Origin: Ancylonema sp.
Lineage: Eukaryota
Length of the DNA stretch: 61,748 nt
NCBI GenBank assembly: GCA_050230475.1
Contig: JBFLGF010000013.1
Location: 62,001-123,748, forward strand
Direction of reading: 5' to 3'
In this document: positions 11,873 to 24,164 of the stretch, in pieces
How the letters are laid out: the number at the start of each line of letters is the position of its first letter
Numbering within the stretch: position 1 is the stretch's first letter
Translations under genes and position numbers: made by a program
Notes under the pieces: model-generated
What the model was told of the DNA's origin: nothing
What the model saw: only the letters and a program-made list of their open reading frames with translations
The model's database searches: none

Positions 11873-14800
11873 AGGGAAAGAGGGGTAACGGGTGCCAACC
11901 TGGCTACGGCATTCTCCCCTCGTGCCAGATTCTGACCCCCCTCACCTCCTTGCACCACCTCTACTACTCAGCCGCCAAAGGGGTATTTTTGTTGTTTCAA
12001 AGGCACCGCTGGTGTTGTCTCTGTTGTTGCAAGCCTCCACACCTTTCCATCAGCGCTTCGCGGCCACGACGCTTGCTTGAGTGTGTTTTGTGGAGGCTGC
12101 ATGTCCTCGCATTGTGCTTGTTAGCTGTCGCCATGTACGGCAGCGTCTCCAAACCTCCAGAACTCTGCCCCCAAATGTGTATTAAGGGAAAAAGGTTTGA
12201 AGGAGATTTAGGTATTTATAGGGGTTGCCTCGTCCACCTCATCTCTGTCCGGAGGATGAGGGTTTCAGATTGGGATGGCTGCATCGTCTGCTCCCAATTG
12301 CTGTAGCTGGCCACTGCGCTGCGTCCTTGCAACAGGCTTAATCTCGTAGCCACTTTTGTAGGCTGTTTGTATGCCCAACCGCTGCCAGATCTGGTGCAAG
12401 TCTTGCACTTCTGCCTCTGCGACCGCATCCTCTGTAGACCCCTCTGTTTTCAGCAGCCCCTCCGAGCTGCTGACCAGCCTTGCTCCAATGCCTCCAGAAC
12501 CCCCCCCCAAAGGTGGTTCACTGAGTAGGGGTGAAGAGGGTTTGGTTTATATTTTTAGATTTTTGTGGAATAGGGTGCCGATCCCTGGTTGAGAGTTAGA
12601 GGGGACATAGGTGTGTACTCCTCCCCTCAGTAGATGCTGGCCCTGCAGGTGCTGCATCTCATGCAATGACCGTTGGTGCCGCTCCCTGAATGGCTCCAGT
12701 CGCTAGGTCCTTTGTCAGGTCCTTCTCCGTATGTTGCAGCGTTGGTCTATGGCGCCTTGTTAAGCTGCGCTCATGCCGCTGCCAGCTCTGTTGCCAGGTC
12801 CTAAACTTGAAAGGCTGAAGGGTTGTGTCACCCGTGCCACCATTGCAGACATCTCTTCTTTGTTGGCGCCTTTCCGGGCTGCAGTTTTGCAGCCACCGGA
12901 CTTGCCTTGTTTTTGGTTTTGGTTCCGGTTTTGGTCCAGAATCTGCTTCAGATTCTGGTTCCCAAGGGTAAGGCATGGTTTAAAGTTTAAAGGAGTTTCA
13001 GACTCCTCTCCCAGCTGGTGCGGCAGCTCATGTAGCGACCGCTGCTGCAGCTCTGGGGATGACCACCAGGGGGGCTTGCAGCCCTGAGATTGTAGGACGC
13101 CCCTGTCCTCTTCTTGTTGGTGCAGCTAGAGCGACTACCGCGCCTCGAACTGCTACAGCTGTAGCTGCGTTGGGCCCCTTGCAGTGTTGTCCCATCTGTT
13201 GCCACCACTTATGCAGTGTGGCCAAAGTGCTGCTGTTGGCGCCATTGCCAGGTCCTGCATTTGGAGGACTGGAGTTTGGAGGACTGGAGTTTGGAGGACT
13301 GGAGTTTGGAGTGGGTGATATGTATCACCGCTGTAGTCAGCTGCTGTAATGCATCTTGTTTGGCCTTCGGGGCTAGAGGCAAGGGAGGAAGGGAAAGAGG
13401 GGTAACGGCTGCCAACGTGGCTACGGCATTCTCCCCTCGTGCCAGGTTGTGATCCCTCACCTCCTTGCTCAACCTTTCCTCTCCCTTCTCTTGCAGCCTC
13501 TTTCGTACTTGAGCGGCGGCCTTCTCTACGACCATACTTCAGTACCAATACCAGCTCCACATGTTCTGGTGCATGGGCCATGTATGTTGCCTTCTCCAAC
13601 GACGTCTCACCACCTCTGTTCCCCTCCACATGGCTGGAAACAGGTTTGACTTGAGGTAAAGTTGGTTTATGGTTCTCTGTTTGAGGGGAGTAAGGCCTTG
13701 TTGGAGGTTGGAGAGTTCTGTGGACTCCTCCCTGTGCCTTGCAGCTCACTGCCACTCATGCAACGATAGCTGGTGTAGCTCTTGGGATAGCTGGGGTGGT
13801 TGCAACCCTGCGGACTGGCGGATGCCTCTGTCCTTCTCTTGCTTGCGCAGCCCCGAAAATCACAGCCGCGTCCCGAACTGCTGCCGCTGCACCTGTGTAT
13901 TCTGTGCCATTTTCTTTTATGGTGCTGAGGGGGACCTGGTGCACTCCCCCCCTCACCCTTAGCTCCTTCTCTCTGGCACATGATGATGATGGTAGTGTCG
14001 GTTTTGACTCTACTCTGAGCAACTCATAGGGATGTGAGAGGAAGCGAGCTGGTTTCTCCCCTTCCTGTAAATAGCTCCATGCCTGGCCTGCAGCCACGCA
14101 GAATGACTTGTCCAGCGCCCGTCACTGTCGTTGACACGCTGGTCCTGAGTGCCATTTTGCATAGCCATACCCTTCACTGAAATCTGGGTAGTGAATTCCT
14201 GGCCTAGTACTACATGAGGACCCCGTCCATCATGCTTCCTCTCCTCCCACACTCTGTGGGTGTGTATTCACCATACCCCTCCTGTCCATACCCCCCATAT
14301 CATTTGCCTTTGAAGGGGAAAAAGGGTGTTGTGTGAGTTACCAATTTTGTATGGAGGGATGAGGGAGTGAGAGTGAGTGTGGAGGGTTGGAGTGGGAAAA
14401 GATGGGTTCAGAGTGGGATTGCCTCCACTTTTGCGACGCGGCGCTGAGTTGTATGACGTATTCAGCTGACAGCGCCGTCTGCAACACGCGCGTCCACCTT
14501 GTTCCCAGTCGGGGAGACGAGGGTGTAGGGTGGTAGAAGTAGTTGCCACTGCTGCGGCCATCTGCTGCGCCGTACATCGCGTAGAGCTGCATCGTCTGCA
14601 ACACGTGCGTCCACCGTGGCTCCCAGCCGAGAAGACAAAGGGGGTAGGGTGGTTGAAGTGTTGCCACCGCTGCAGCCCTCAGCTGCGCCGTACATTTCGT
14701 AGAGCTGCATCATCGGCAGACTTTGCTGCACTTTTTTTTTTTTTTTTGTCGTATTGCAGCCAGATTTTCTTCAGATGTTGGATCTGTCTGGTTGCAAGTT

Positions 14801-16145
14801 GAAGTAGGGCTGGTCAGGTTTAAAGTCATCTTCTGAGACCCTGAATTCAGCAGCTCCTCTGGTCTGATCACGAGCCTAGCAAAGGTGCGTCTCCACGCCT
14901 CCAAAACTCTCCCCCAACAGTGAACTAGGGATAGGTTTGGTTTATAGTTGCAGTTTTGATAAACCCATCCATATGGAGGATGGAGGTAAGGTGGTACCGG
15001 GTAACGGGTACCAACCTGGCTACGGCATTCTCCCCTCGTACCAGGTTGTGCCCCCCCCCTTACCTATTTTTGTACCCTTATTGTCTCCAGATTGGAGCAT
15101 GAGTGTGCCATAAGTTAAGCTCCGTGGCCACAGGGAGGTCGCATCTCTGTCCGCGTAAGTGGTGTACATCCCTGAATAGCCTGTGGTCAAGGCTGTCAAA
15201 TGGCACCATGTACCACATGTTCCAGCCCAGCCTAGTGGAAGAGAGCAGGAAGGTAAAAAGGGAAAGAGGGGGGATGGCTGCCAACCTGACCACGGAATTA
15301 TCCCTTCGCTTTAGATTGTGCCCCCTCACCTCCTTTTTTACCTCACCGTCTCATGGCATGAGCATGCTCGTAATAAACGTCTGGACGCTCCGGCTGCCAG
15401 CTCTGCTCCCCTGTTGAGGAGGCTTTCAAAACTGGCGTAGAAGTCATGTCCCCTTGCAAGTAAGCTATCTCTTTAACTTGCATTGTATGATGATTTTTTT
15501 ATTTTTTTTGAAGGTATGCTTGGAAATGCTCCATCCATGATTGCATATAGTCATTTGGAGGATGGAAGCAAAGGTGAGAAGGGAAAGAGGGGTAACGGGT
15601 GCCAACCTGGCCGCTACGGCTCTCCCCTCGTGCCAGGTTGTGGCCCCCTCACCTCCTTGCTCCACCATACCGCTTCCTTTTTTATGCGGATTCCTTTTTG
15701 ATGTGGAACTCCGATGGTGTGAGTGTCAAGTAGTAGTGAGGTGTAGGTAGGTCAGCTACTGGCACCACCGCTGGTAATGGGAGATGCTCAGCCACACCAC
15801 CTCTTGACGAGGAAGTCCCTTGGAGCAGGAATCTCCGTCTCCCAAGAATGCTTGTGGAAACAAACTGATTGCAAATTGCAAATTGTGTAGCACCCGACTG
15901 TAGCAGTTGTAAAGGCAGTCCGAAGGACTCCTACCTCAATCCCATCAAACAGCATCACCACTTGTAAGACTGTTGTGGTAGCTGTGTTGAGGAACTGTTG
16001 ACAAAGGATGCAACAAAAATCTCATCTCCGAACCATTTGGCTGATGGTGGCAAGATTGACAGGGAAAGAGGGGTGATGGCTGCCAATATGGCCACGGCAT
16101 TTTCCCTTCGTGCCAAATTGTGCCCCCTCACCTCCTTTTGCAACC
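11873..16145. repeat. Six dispersed copies of an ~85-bp motif (at ~11873, 13389, 14998, 15258, 15579, 16061)
   Basis: Consensus AGGGAAAGAGGGGTAACGGGTGCCAACCTGGCTACGGCATTCTCCCCTCGTGCCAGGTTGTGCCCCCTCACCTCCTT. The minus strand reads KEVRGHNLARGENAVARLAAVTPLSL. Confidence 0.9.
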
Positions 16146-17584
16146 TTACCGCTCCATAAATTGCATATCCCCATCTCCCATGGGTGGATCAGAAAAAAGG
16201 CTTGTAGGCGGGAAAGTGTTGTTCCATCGGCCTTGGCTTCAAGAGAGGGTGTAGTTGGAGAGACGCGTACTTGATGCTCCTTTCGTTGATCAGCGGCATC
16301 CATGTCGACCCTCCGTTGGACCATGGTGGGATGTAGGCACTTATAGTCACCGCATGACAGAGGGATGATAAGGTGTCGCCTCAGGCACGCTGAGAGCCAG
16401 CCCTCTTAAAGTAATCAGGTCTAATGGAAGAAGGGCATCGCCACTTCATCTACGCGATATGCCATCTGATCAATGATTCCCTAAGAAGTGGCTTGGAGAT
16501 TACAGGTCTTTAAGGTGGACTAAAGACGCGGCTGGACTGTGTTTAGTGTCCTCTATAACATGAATATTTGTTGTATCAGACAGTTATCATCTGTGCTATT
16601 TTCATTCGTATTTTCATCTCTTACAATCGCTGAATTTTCTGACTGTAATAGGTCTTTGTAAGTTTACCTATGGCAAGACTTTGCCTTTGGTCTGGACGTA
16701 AAGTGTCCGATGCTTGTAAAGTGTATAAAGGTATAATATTTGATCTATCGAGACTCAAATAAAAATGCTTAATAGTCAAATTTACATAGGCTGAAAGCCA
16801 GCCGAAACCCACATACGAATTACTCTCGGATTTGGGGTAATGATTTCAGCAGCGGTTCCCGAGGCGTTCAAAGACCTATTGAGGTCTGAGTACAATTTGT
16901 ACAGTGTATGTAGTGTTTTTGGCTAATCCTCCTATCTGACCAGCATCTTCTTTGCGGCGCCGCTAGGCGGCTGCACCGACATCTAGGCTAGTGCATTCCT
17001 AGCCAAGTATTACAATGTACTCGTCATGTACATCAATATTGCAACTACCAACAATGCATGGCTACCGCAAGATTCACCTGAATCATTCTAATGCATTGCT
17101 GGCGTCTGTAAACGATCGCAGCACATGCATAAATTGGTATAAAAACTACAAATACTTTGGCACTATCGTAAGTGCATATAATTTAAGCACCCTGTCCATA
17201 CACGTGGACGTCTAGTGTACAACTCGTGGTACGAAGAAGCATGGGTGTAACTTGTGTAATGTAGCTACGTGCCGTCGGACAGGTCTGCCGACAATGTCAG
17301 CGTGTCAGGCGCCGTAAATGGCGGAGCGCGTCTTGTGATCGATTTCTAACTAAGACCTTAGATAGACAAGCGAAACTTAGAGTATCAATATTGGTTTGCG
17401 CACGTGCCAAATAGAGACGTAAAGTTAGGTATCCCCGTGGGTGCATACCGTAACCCTGATTAGGTGGCGTTCATTCGTTTGAACAAGTGTTGTTCTTTGT
17501 ATAGGCACATTCGTTGTTTAAGCACCATTGCTTGTTTTCCTCTATATATCACCATATAGGCACACGATCGTTTTCGGTACGACA

Positions 17585-18023
17585 TCCTACTCACCCGCAA
17601 CACGCAATCGCACTTAGAGAATGACAAAGCTCATGACAGAAACAAAGCACATTCGCATCTCATACATCACGAGACACAAAATTGCCAATTCGATCAATTT
17701 GGTTAGAGAGTCTGAATGCTAGACTTTGTTACATTTTGACATGCACAATTATTGCCACATTGTGGCTAGCGTGGTCTTGCATAGATAGTGGACAAGATCC
17801 CAAAAACAACTATTCTGGATGCTCACACAAAGTCAAAGATGCTACGTATATTACGCGTCCCACTTACGACAATATTTTGCGCCCCAAGCTGCCCGCCGCA
17901 AAACCAATGTCTGATATTTATCGACTTATTAAAACACGTGCAGCTACCCCTCATTATGAAAAACTTGAAGTGTGCTTCCTCTCGATCAATGAAACGACTA
18001 TATATTCATAATAACGAAACCGG
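17585..18023. repeat. Paralog of 2470-2898 (duplication-unit flank resuming after element B)
   Basis: Collinear similarity, immediately after the TSD. Confidence 0.85.
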
Positions 18024-18076
18024 TCAAGAACTACGAATTCTTGCATATAACTTCTCAAACATTTGAGTAAGTCTTA

Positions 18077-19588
18077 TGTACGGTCCAAATACGATCGGGT
18101 GCCAATGTGGTAGTTTGACACGTGCGCGGGTGTATGTGCTTAGCAGGGTATGTTTCGTTTCGCGATACAGCGCATCATTTGGTGTCATAGGGGAAGTCGT
18201 CATTCAGCGACTCTCCACCAAACCCGGCGGAATGTCTAGAAGCATTGGCGGTGCCACGTGGCGATGCATCGTGACACACGCGCACGCACCTGGCCATGGA
18301 CGGTAGAGATCAGCTACTCAGCCATACGGCAAGCCCCCGCAAGACTCGACAATGCTGTTAGGCATAGCTCTGTGTTGCATGTGCTGCCATAGATGGCAAT
18401 AGACGGCGGAGTTCGGCTATTTAGTTGTACGACAAGAGGTGCTCATTGGCAGCCATAGATTGAGTCCGGCTCTAAAGCCCATGTGCATGGTGTCGTTACC
18501 AAGTACTTGACTAGGAATGAGTACAATTGCACGTTGTTCAGCAGGCCGGTGCCGCAACGATCCTATATTATTTTGCATTTGAAAAACTATATGATCTATA
18601 ACCTTAGCACTCTAGCCTCATTCGGTAAGAGTGTGCCTCGGAAACATGCTGTCAATTTGCAATGGCGATTTCTGTGAATGTCAATGTGATTGAGTGTGTT
18701 TGGCTAGCACGTGCATTTTATATTTCGTGTTCTATCTAATTGTTTGCTGAACGTGTGCATTGGCGTTGAGTTGCGATCGAGTACCACTGCACCCTCTGCA
18801 CCATTCATGTTTCGAACACGTTACGCTCAGACCCTAAGCATTGCCTTGCCCTTGAGTGATCTGGTGAAATTTCGTTGGCACATGGAGGTGTTTGTTGGAT
18901 TCCGGATAACCTTTGGGTAACCCGATCGTTTGTAATCTGAATTGTTTTTAGTTCCAGCCGTTTCTGAATAGACGCGTGACCGTTAGTGAACGTCAGTTAG
19001 ATGAACAAGTTTAGTTTCAGTCGTTTCATTAAAGCCGGTTCCATAAAGGCGTTTCAGTTTAGTCGTTTTAGTATAGGCGCGCGACAATTAGTGACCGTTA
19101 GTTTGTTCGATACGGTACTTAGCGTTTGGGACAATGGTTCGCGTCCGCCGTGTTACTGAGATTCCTTGAAGAGATTTTGATTATATAGGAAATACATTGG
19201 GACACTTATTAACTTAATTCGCATTGACAATACGCCGTTACCATGCCGATCTTGTGTGAGAGTATTTGCATTGTGTATTGCGTGATGCGTAATGTTTAAT
19301 TTATGTCAAGCATCTGAAACCCAGTTGTGAGTGATCTGGCCTAATGGCAGACCCCGCTGGTATCAGTGTTGGGACACATACCATGAATGATAGTGTGGTG
19401 TTGGCAGTTTCCATTAGTCGTGTCGCATCTGTGGGAATGCGGATCTAAACTAGATCATGTTGCACGTGCGAGTGGACATGTGTGTAAGAGAGTGGTGTTT
19501 CGCAAGTACGAGTCGCATATAACGGTGATGTTCGTTAGAGTGATATAATTATACGTGTGAGGGAGACACGATGTTAGATAGCACGACG
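18077..19588 (+). mobile_element. Element C: ~1.5-kb old, short relative of element B in opposite orientation (both ends, no interior)
   Basis: The left end tgtacggtccaaatacgatcgggtgcc resembles the reverse complement of 17584-17558, with shared blocks tacttgRctaggaatg and gcatgtgctgc. The right end acacgatgttagatagcacgac resembles the reverse complement of 10302-10325. No TSD is recognisable. Confidence 0.6.
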
Positions 19589-20019
19589 ATTCCCATGAGC
19601 TTCTTCCCGATCTCTAGCAGTATTCGACGCTATATCGGCGGCGCATGATAGCTTTCTCTAGCTAGACTCTGTCACGTTTTCTTTGCGAGTTCTCCTCGCT
19701 GATGTGAACGATCCAAAAATTATCCTCTCACACAGGCAGTTTTGTCCTAATCAATTTGCACTGTCAATTCCATGTGCATGAACACCTCTCAGAATATTGT
19801 GCACGTTGTGTGTTTTACACTTCAGTGAAAACATTGGCAACTCGCGGCCATCCATCGATGGCCCAGAATTATCAGAAATATGCACCGAGATTCTCTGTAA
19901 TGGCAGGTGTGGGACTCGCAGGCAACAGAAATTCGGGGGGAGAGAAAAGAAAGGTGGAGCGTGTTAAATCCATCTCTTGCGGATTTCTTTCGCACGAATA
20001 CTATTTCACACCAGTGCCC

Positions 20020-20441
20020 ATAATGGTGCTCCAATCGTCACGTTACTATTTCGGAGAAAAGAGGAGGGGTGGAATACAGTGGTACATCGTGCCAGCGTAC
20101 GGACCGGTGGCCGTGCCGTACAGTAATTTACAATCTCACGCATATATGTGAAGTTACATGCGAAGCGCTTTAGAGCCATTGTGCTGCACCGTTATCATGT
20201 GTAGCATACGGGGGAGGAAGCTGAGTCAGCCCCTGAATACATCATCAGAGGGGCTGCCTGAGGCTAATAAATAGGTCTCGGTGTATCGAGCAAGTGATAC
20301 ATTTGTTTTCTCTTTTCATTATGCTTTCCATTACCTCTTCCTCCTTCAAGAAAACAGTAGGTGCGTGTAGGTGCGTGTGGGCAATGACACACGGCATCAA
20401 TTCAGCCATTTAGCTGCCAGGCTGGCGTGCCAAGTTGGCAA
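20020..20441 (-). pseudogene. Third enoyl-CoA hydratase copy: promoter plus first ~160 nt of exon 1 (ATG at 20179), truncated
   Basis: Similar to 9604-10032 with substitutions and small indels; homology ends abruptly at both sides. Confidence 0.85.
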
Positions 20442-20596
20442 TTACGAGATCACCGCGTCATCGAAATTTTGGATTGTTTTTAACCGCGTTTTGATTCGCG
20501 CAGACAAATTTAATTAATAATCCTTATTACGCCGGCTACCGCGCCGGATTTTTGGCGCCTGCTCAGCCTTGACTCAGCCCCGTTTTGTTCTCTTGA

Positions 20597-23500
20597 GAGC
20601 ATCTCCTACGGCCCGTCAATTCGGGATGTCAATACGAAATCCCGGCCTTATTGACTACGGGACACCCAAAACGCGTCCCCTACGGCCAACCTGAGAAAAA
20701 TGTTTGGTTGGGTTCAGTTTCATTTACCGTACTCGCGCTTGATCAATGCGCGACCCAAAAAACAATTAATAAAACCCAATACGCGGCCCAATACGCCAAA
20801 AAAATAATTAATAAAACCTCCAATACGTGCTCCAATACGTTCGTACGTATACACGTGCGTTCGTACGTATACACGTGCGTCCTTACGTACGGAGGCACGT
20901 GCGGACTATTCGATTTTTTTTCGCACGTGTAAAATCCCGCAAACGACGTTTTTTTTTTCTTTTCTGTTTCGCACGTGTGAACTTGGTAAATTACCCCAAT
21001 ACGCGTAGAAAAATAATTAAAAAAAGTCTAATACGCGGCGGTGAAAAACGCGCTAATACGCGGCATTGGTAATTAAAAGCCCAATACCCCAACTTTGTAA
21101 TTAATTACGCGCATTGATCAAAAGCGAATTCGGTAAGTTGACATCGTGTCAATACAATTGAAACGGCCACCACGAAACGACTCCCGGAGCAACTCTATTG
21201 AAATGTAATTGAAGCCTGTTGTCGCCGTGGCCTCGTAAAACGATCGCACGCCATCCAACCTTCGCGCTGGCTCGTGTATTTGGCGCCATGAGACGGAAAA
21301 CGCCTGATGGATTTCAACCCGAGTACTATCCACTGATCGCACTATGCTGACGGCCGTCAGGACGAGAGAAGTGAAGTGTATATCCCTGAGTAGCTGCTTT
21401 GCGCTTCAACGATTTACTGATTAGCAGTATGCAATGGCGATTCGTGGCGATTCATGGCTGTCTGGTCAGAGGTGGGACTAGCGATGCAAACCGGCGTGAT
21501 AGATGTCGCACGGCAATTGGGACATGAAATTTCCGGAGGAGGTGGTTGTGAATCAGTGGAGGTAAGAACTGATCGTTTAAGGAAAGAATTAAGAAAAACC
21601 CTCCTGGTGTAGTGGTGCATAAAGCATCTACCGCGAGGTTCGATTCCTAAAAAATATCGAAGGTCCAATACGTGGGTAGATGCAAATCATGAGGCTTCTG
21701 AAATTTGCATTTCTGGAGATTTCGAGTATAACTCAGCATTACTTTCGTTTAACTGACCAGATCCTTTACGCCTGCATTTCTTTTTCTACATGGCTATCAT
21801 GTATTCATTATTATAAACCTCATTCATGATGCGATTTCGTAGCCCGGAGCTTTGCAAGTGATGAGATACAGTTCATAGTACATTTAATGACCCTGTATAC
21901 CTTAAAACAAACGTAAAGTAACATGCTCGTATGCGACTATTTATTCGACGCCTTTAAAAAAAAAAAAGGCCTCAATGCCAATAATGGGGGGGCTTGCGTC
22001 AGAGCGTATGAGCGTATGATGAAATATAACTCATAGTTTGTTTGTAGAATTTACTGACCCTAAAAACCTTCAAATTATTGTCATGTAATATGCAAGTATG
22101 TGAGTAGATACTCTACGCCTGAATTAATTTTAAAGCTTCAGCCAATAATTAAGGAGCTTGCATCAGTGCGTATGAGCGTATGATGAAATATAACTCATAG
22201 TTTGTTTGTAGAATTTACTGACCCTAAAAACCTTCAAATTATTGTCATGTAATATGCAAGTATGTGAGTAGATACTTCATCCAATAATGGAGGTGTTTGC
22301 ATCAGAGCGTATGTGATGGGATAGGGAAAAAGGTCGCAGCGTATGATGAAATATAACTCATAGTTTGTTTGTAGAATTTACTGACCCTAAATACCTTCAA
22401 ATTATTGTCATGTAATATGCAAGTATGTGAGTAGATACTCTACGCCTAGATTTATTTTAAAGCTTCATCCAATATTGGAGGTGTTTGCATGAGAGCGTAT
22501 GTGATGGGGTAGGGAAAAAGGTCGCAGAACTCCTCCTATGAAGGTAGAGAAATAAGGTAATAGGTCATTTAGGCGAGAGTGTTCATGTGCATGAGAGCAC
22601 TACTTTTTTATTCATGATATTCATTGACTAAAAATAGCAACATGCTGTGTACATGTCCAATGGCAGTGGCTGATTGGTGGTGGTGGTATTGGTGCAGGTG
22701 CGGATGGAACTCGTGGTGACGACAATTAGAGTGTTTATTTTGAGATGGGGTTGTTTCAGGGAGAGAGAGTTTGTGCGAGACGATGTTATGCATTACATGT
22801 GTAGTTTATATTGATATTGTGGCAGTCAATGTTATTTTTATGTACTTATGTGAGATTGAATGTATTTGTGTGTGCATGCATGTGTGTATGATAGTGTTTC
22901 TCTTTACGACTCTGGATGTCAGATAAATAATTGCACATCAATTGCACTCAACGCAGTGTGCATATTCATCATCATGAGCATGTGCAAAAATATACATCAT
23001 ATGAGCATGCACCTACGCTTTAAAACTCATTGCAACTGTGTCATATGATAATATACATGAGGGGGAATAGATACGTAAAATTGTGACCATGTACATGCCA
23101 TGAGAAGATATTGTCACGCATGAATTGCACTCAACGCAGTGTGCATATTCATCATCATGAGCATGTGCAAACTCAGACACAAAACATCAATTGCTCCGCA
23201 TTCAGGGTGCATATTTATCATCATTAACATTTGCTAAAATACATACCATATGAGCATGTGCCTACGCGGATTCTGGATCTCGTGATGCAAGCGTGAAAAC
23301 AATGCGGGACCGATTCCGTATCCTCTAGAAAGTCATGTGAAAGCCACACGCAGTTCCTCCCGTGCAGACCTGTGCACGATCCCATCTTCAATTAAATGCG
23401 GGCATGCCAAACCTATCTTCTATCAACCTTGTCTGATGTTCTTCGTGAGATCTCTGCGGTTGTCTGCGTCTACGTATTACTACGTATTACGTATACTGAA

Positions 23501-23889
23501 TTCGTAGCAAGTGGAAACAGTGATGCGCTCTGCGACTACTTATCTCTCTGCGCGCGCGCTTCTGTCAGCTTCTGTCAGTGCGTTTTCTGGCGCAGTATCA
23601 GAACGAACCTCGCCCAAACGCCCAAACGGGAGCATTGGGCCAGTGCCATGTACGGACGTGAACGGGCAGGGGAACGAAAAGTACACAAGGGGTACGTGGA
23701 TTATTTATTGCCCACAATTGACGATGGCCGTAGGGGAACGGTAATATTGACCCTTTTTTTTCCACAAATATCCGTTGGATCGGAAACCTGAATAATTGAC
23801 ATCTTCGATACCCATCTCGAATCGGGGCTTTTAACCGCGGGTATCCCGACGTATTGACGATTTGAATTGACGGGCCGTAGGAGATGCTC
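20597..23889. mobile_element. Non-autonomous PIF/Harbinger DNA transposon, 3293 bp
   Basis: Perfect 26-bp TIR GAGCATCTCCTACGGCCCGTCAATTC (20597-20622 / 23864-23889) and 3-bp TSD TGA (20594-20596 / 23890-23892). GAGCATCTCC is a typical Harbinger/Tourist terminus. No intact transposase ORF seen. Confidence 0.9.
21995..22530. repeat. Three ~145-185-bp tandem units inside the Harbinger element
   Basis: agcgtatgatgaaatataactcatagtttgtttgtagaatttactgaccc at ~22010, ~22175 and ~22338. Confidence 0.9.
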
Positions 23890-23892
23890 TGA

Positions 23893-24164
23893 AGGATTTC
23901 GATTTGGCGAAACAAAATTGCATTTGGGCGACGAGTATTTACAATTTGGCGAAATTCTTAGCGATTTTGCCCCCAAAATTGGCGAAAAGGTCCAAAATCG
24001 CCGAATAAATCGCCTACAATGATCATTTTAATTGAGGTTTTGGCGTTTTCTGGGGCGATGGGTTGGAGCGTTTTGGCGGGAAAATCAAAATAGTGGCGAT
24101 TTATTTTTTTTAGAAGGGCCCATTTCGCCCATTTCGCCCAAGATTTCGCCTAAAGTGAACCCTG
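23893..24164. mobile_element. One-ended hAT-like MITE remnant into or next to which the Harbinger inserted
   Basis: Ends in GTGAACCCTG (reverse complement CAGGGTTCAC, a hAT-type terminus) with dense GGCGA(A)/TTCGCC subterminal motifs. No partner end found. Confidence 0.45.

Larger units (their letters stand above)
10302..17584 (-). mobile_element. Element B: 7283-bp insertion with TGT...ACA termini, imperfect 24-bp terminal inverted repeats and 4-bp TSD (TCCT); decayed gag-like interior; no LTR pair seen
   Basis: Empty paralogous site at ~2458-2478 (atgaacgtcttactcacc). Here the site reads atgaacgTCCT|TGTCGTGC...GTACGACA|TCCTactcacc. The ends match 17/24 as inverted repeats. Shares sequence with element A. 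Confidence 0.8.

Noticed and set aside
11873..16145. Six-copy motif as CRISPR array or HDV/hammerhead ribozyme
   Set aside because: Spacing is irregular (250-1600 bp) in a eukaryotic TE with no cas genes. There is no CTGANGA/GAAA core, and the HDV-like fold lacks a P2 partner and has an oversized L3.
16372..16400. TGGCTCTCAGCGTGCC (minus strand) as primer-binding site
   Set aside because: Not preceded by an LTR-ending CA, and I cannot match it to a tRNA 3' end.
21598..21655. Functional tRNA gene
   Set aside because: No acceptor stem and insufficient room for an anticodon arm.
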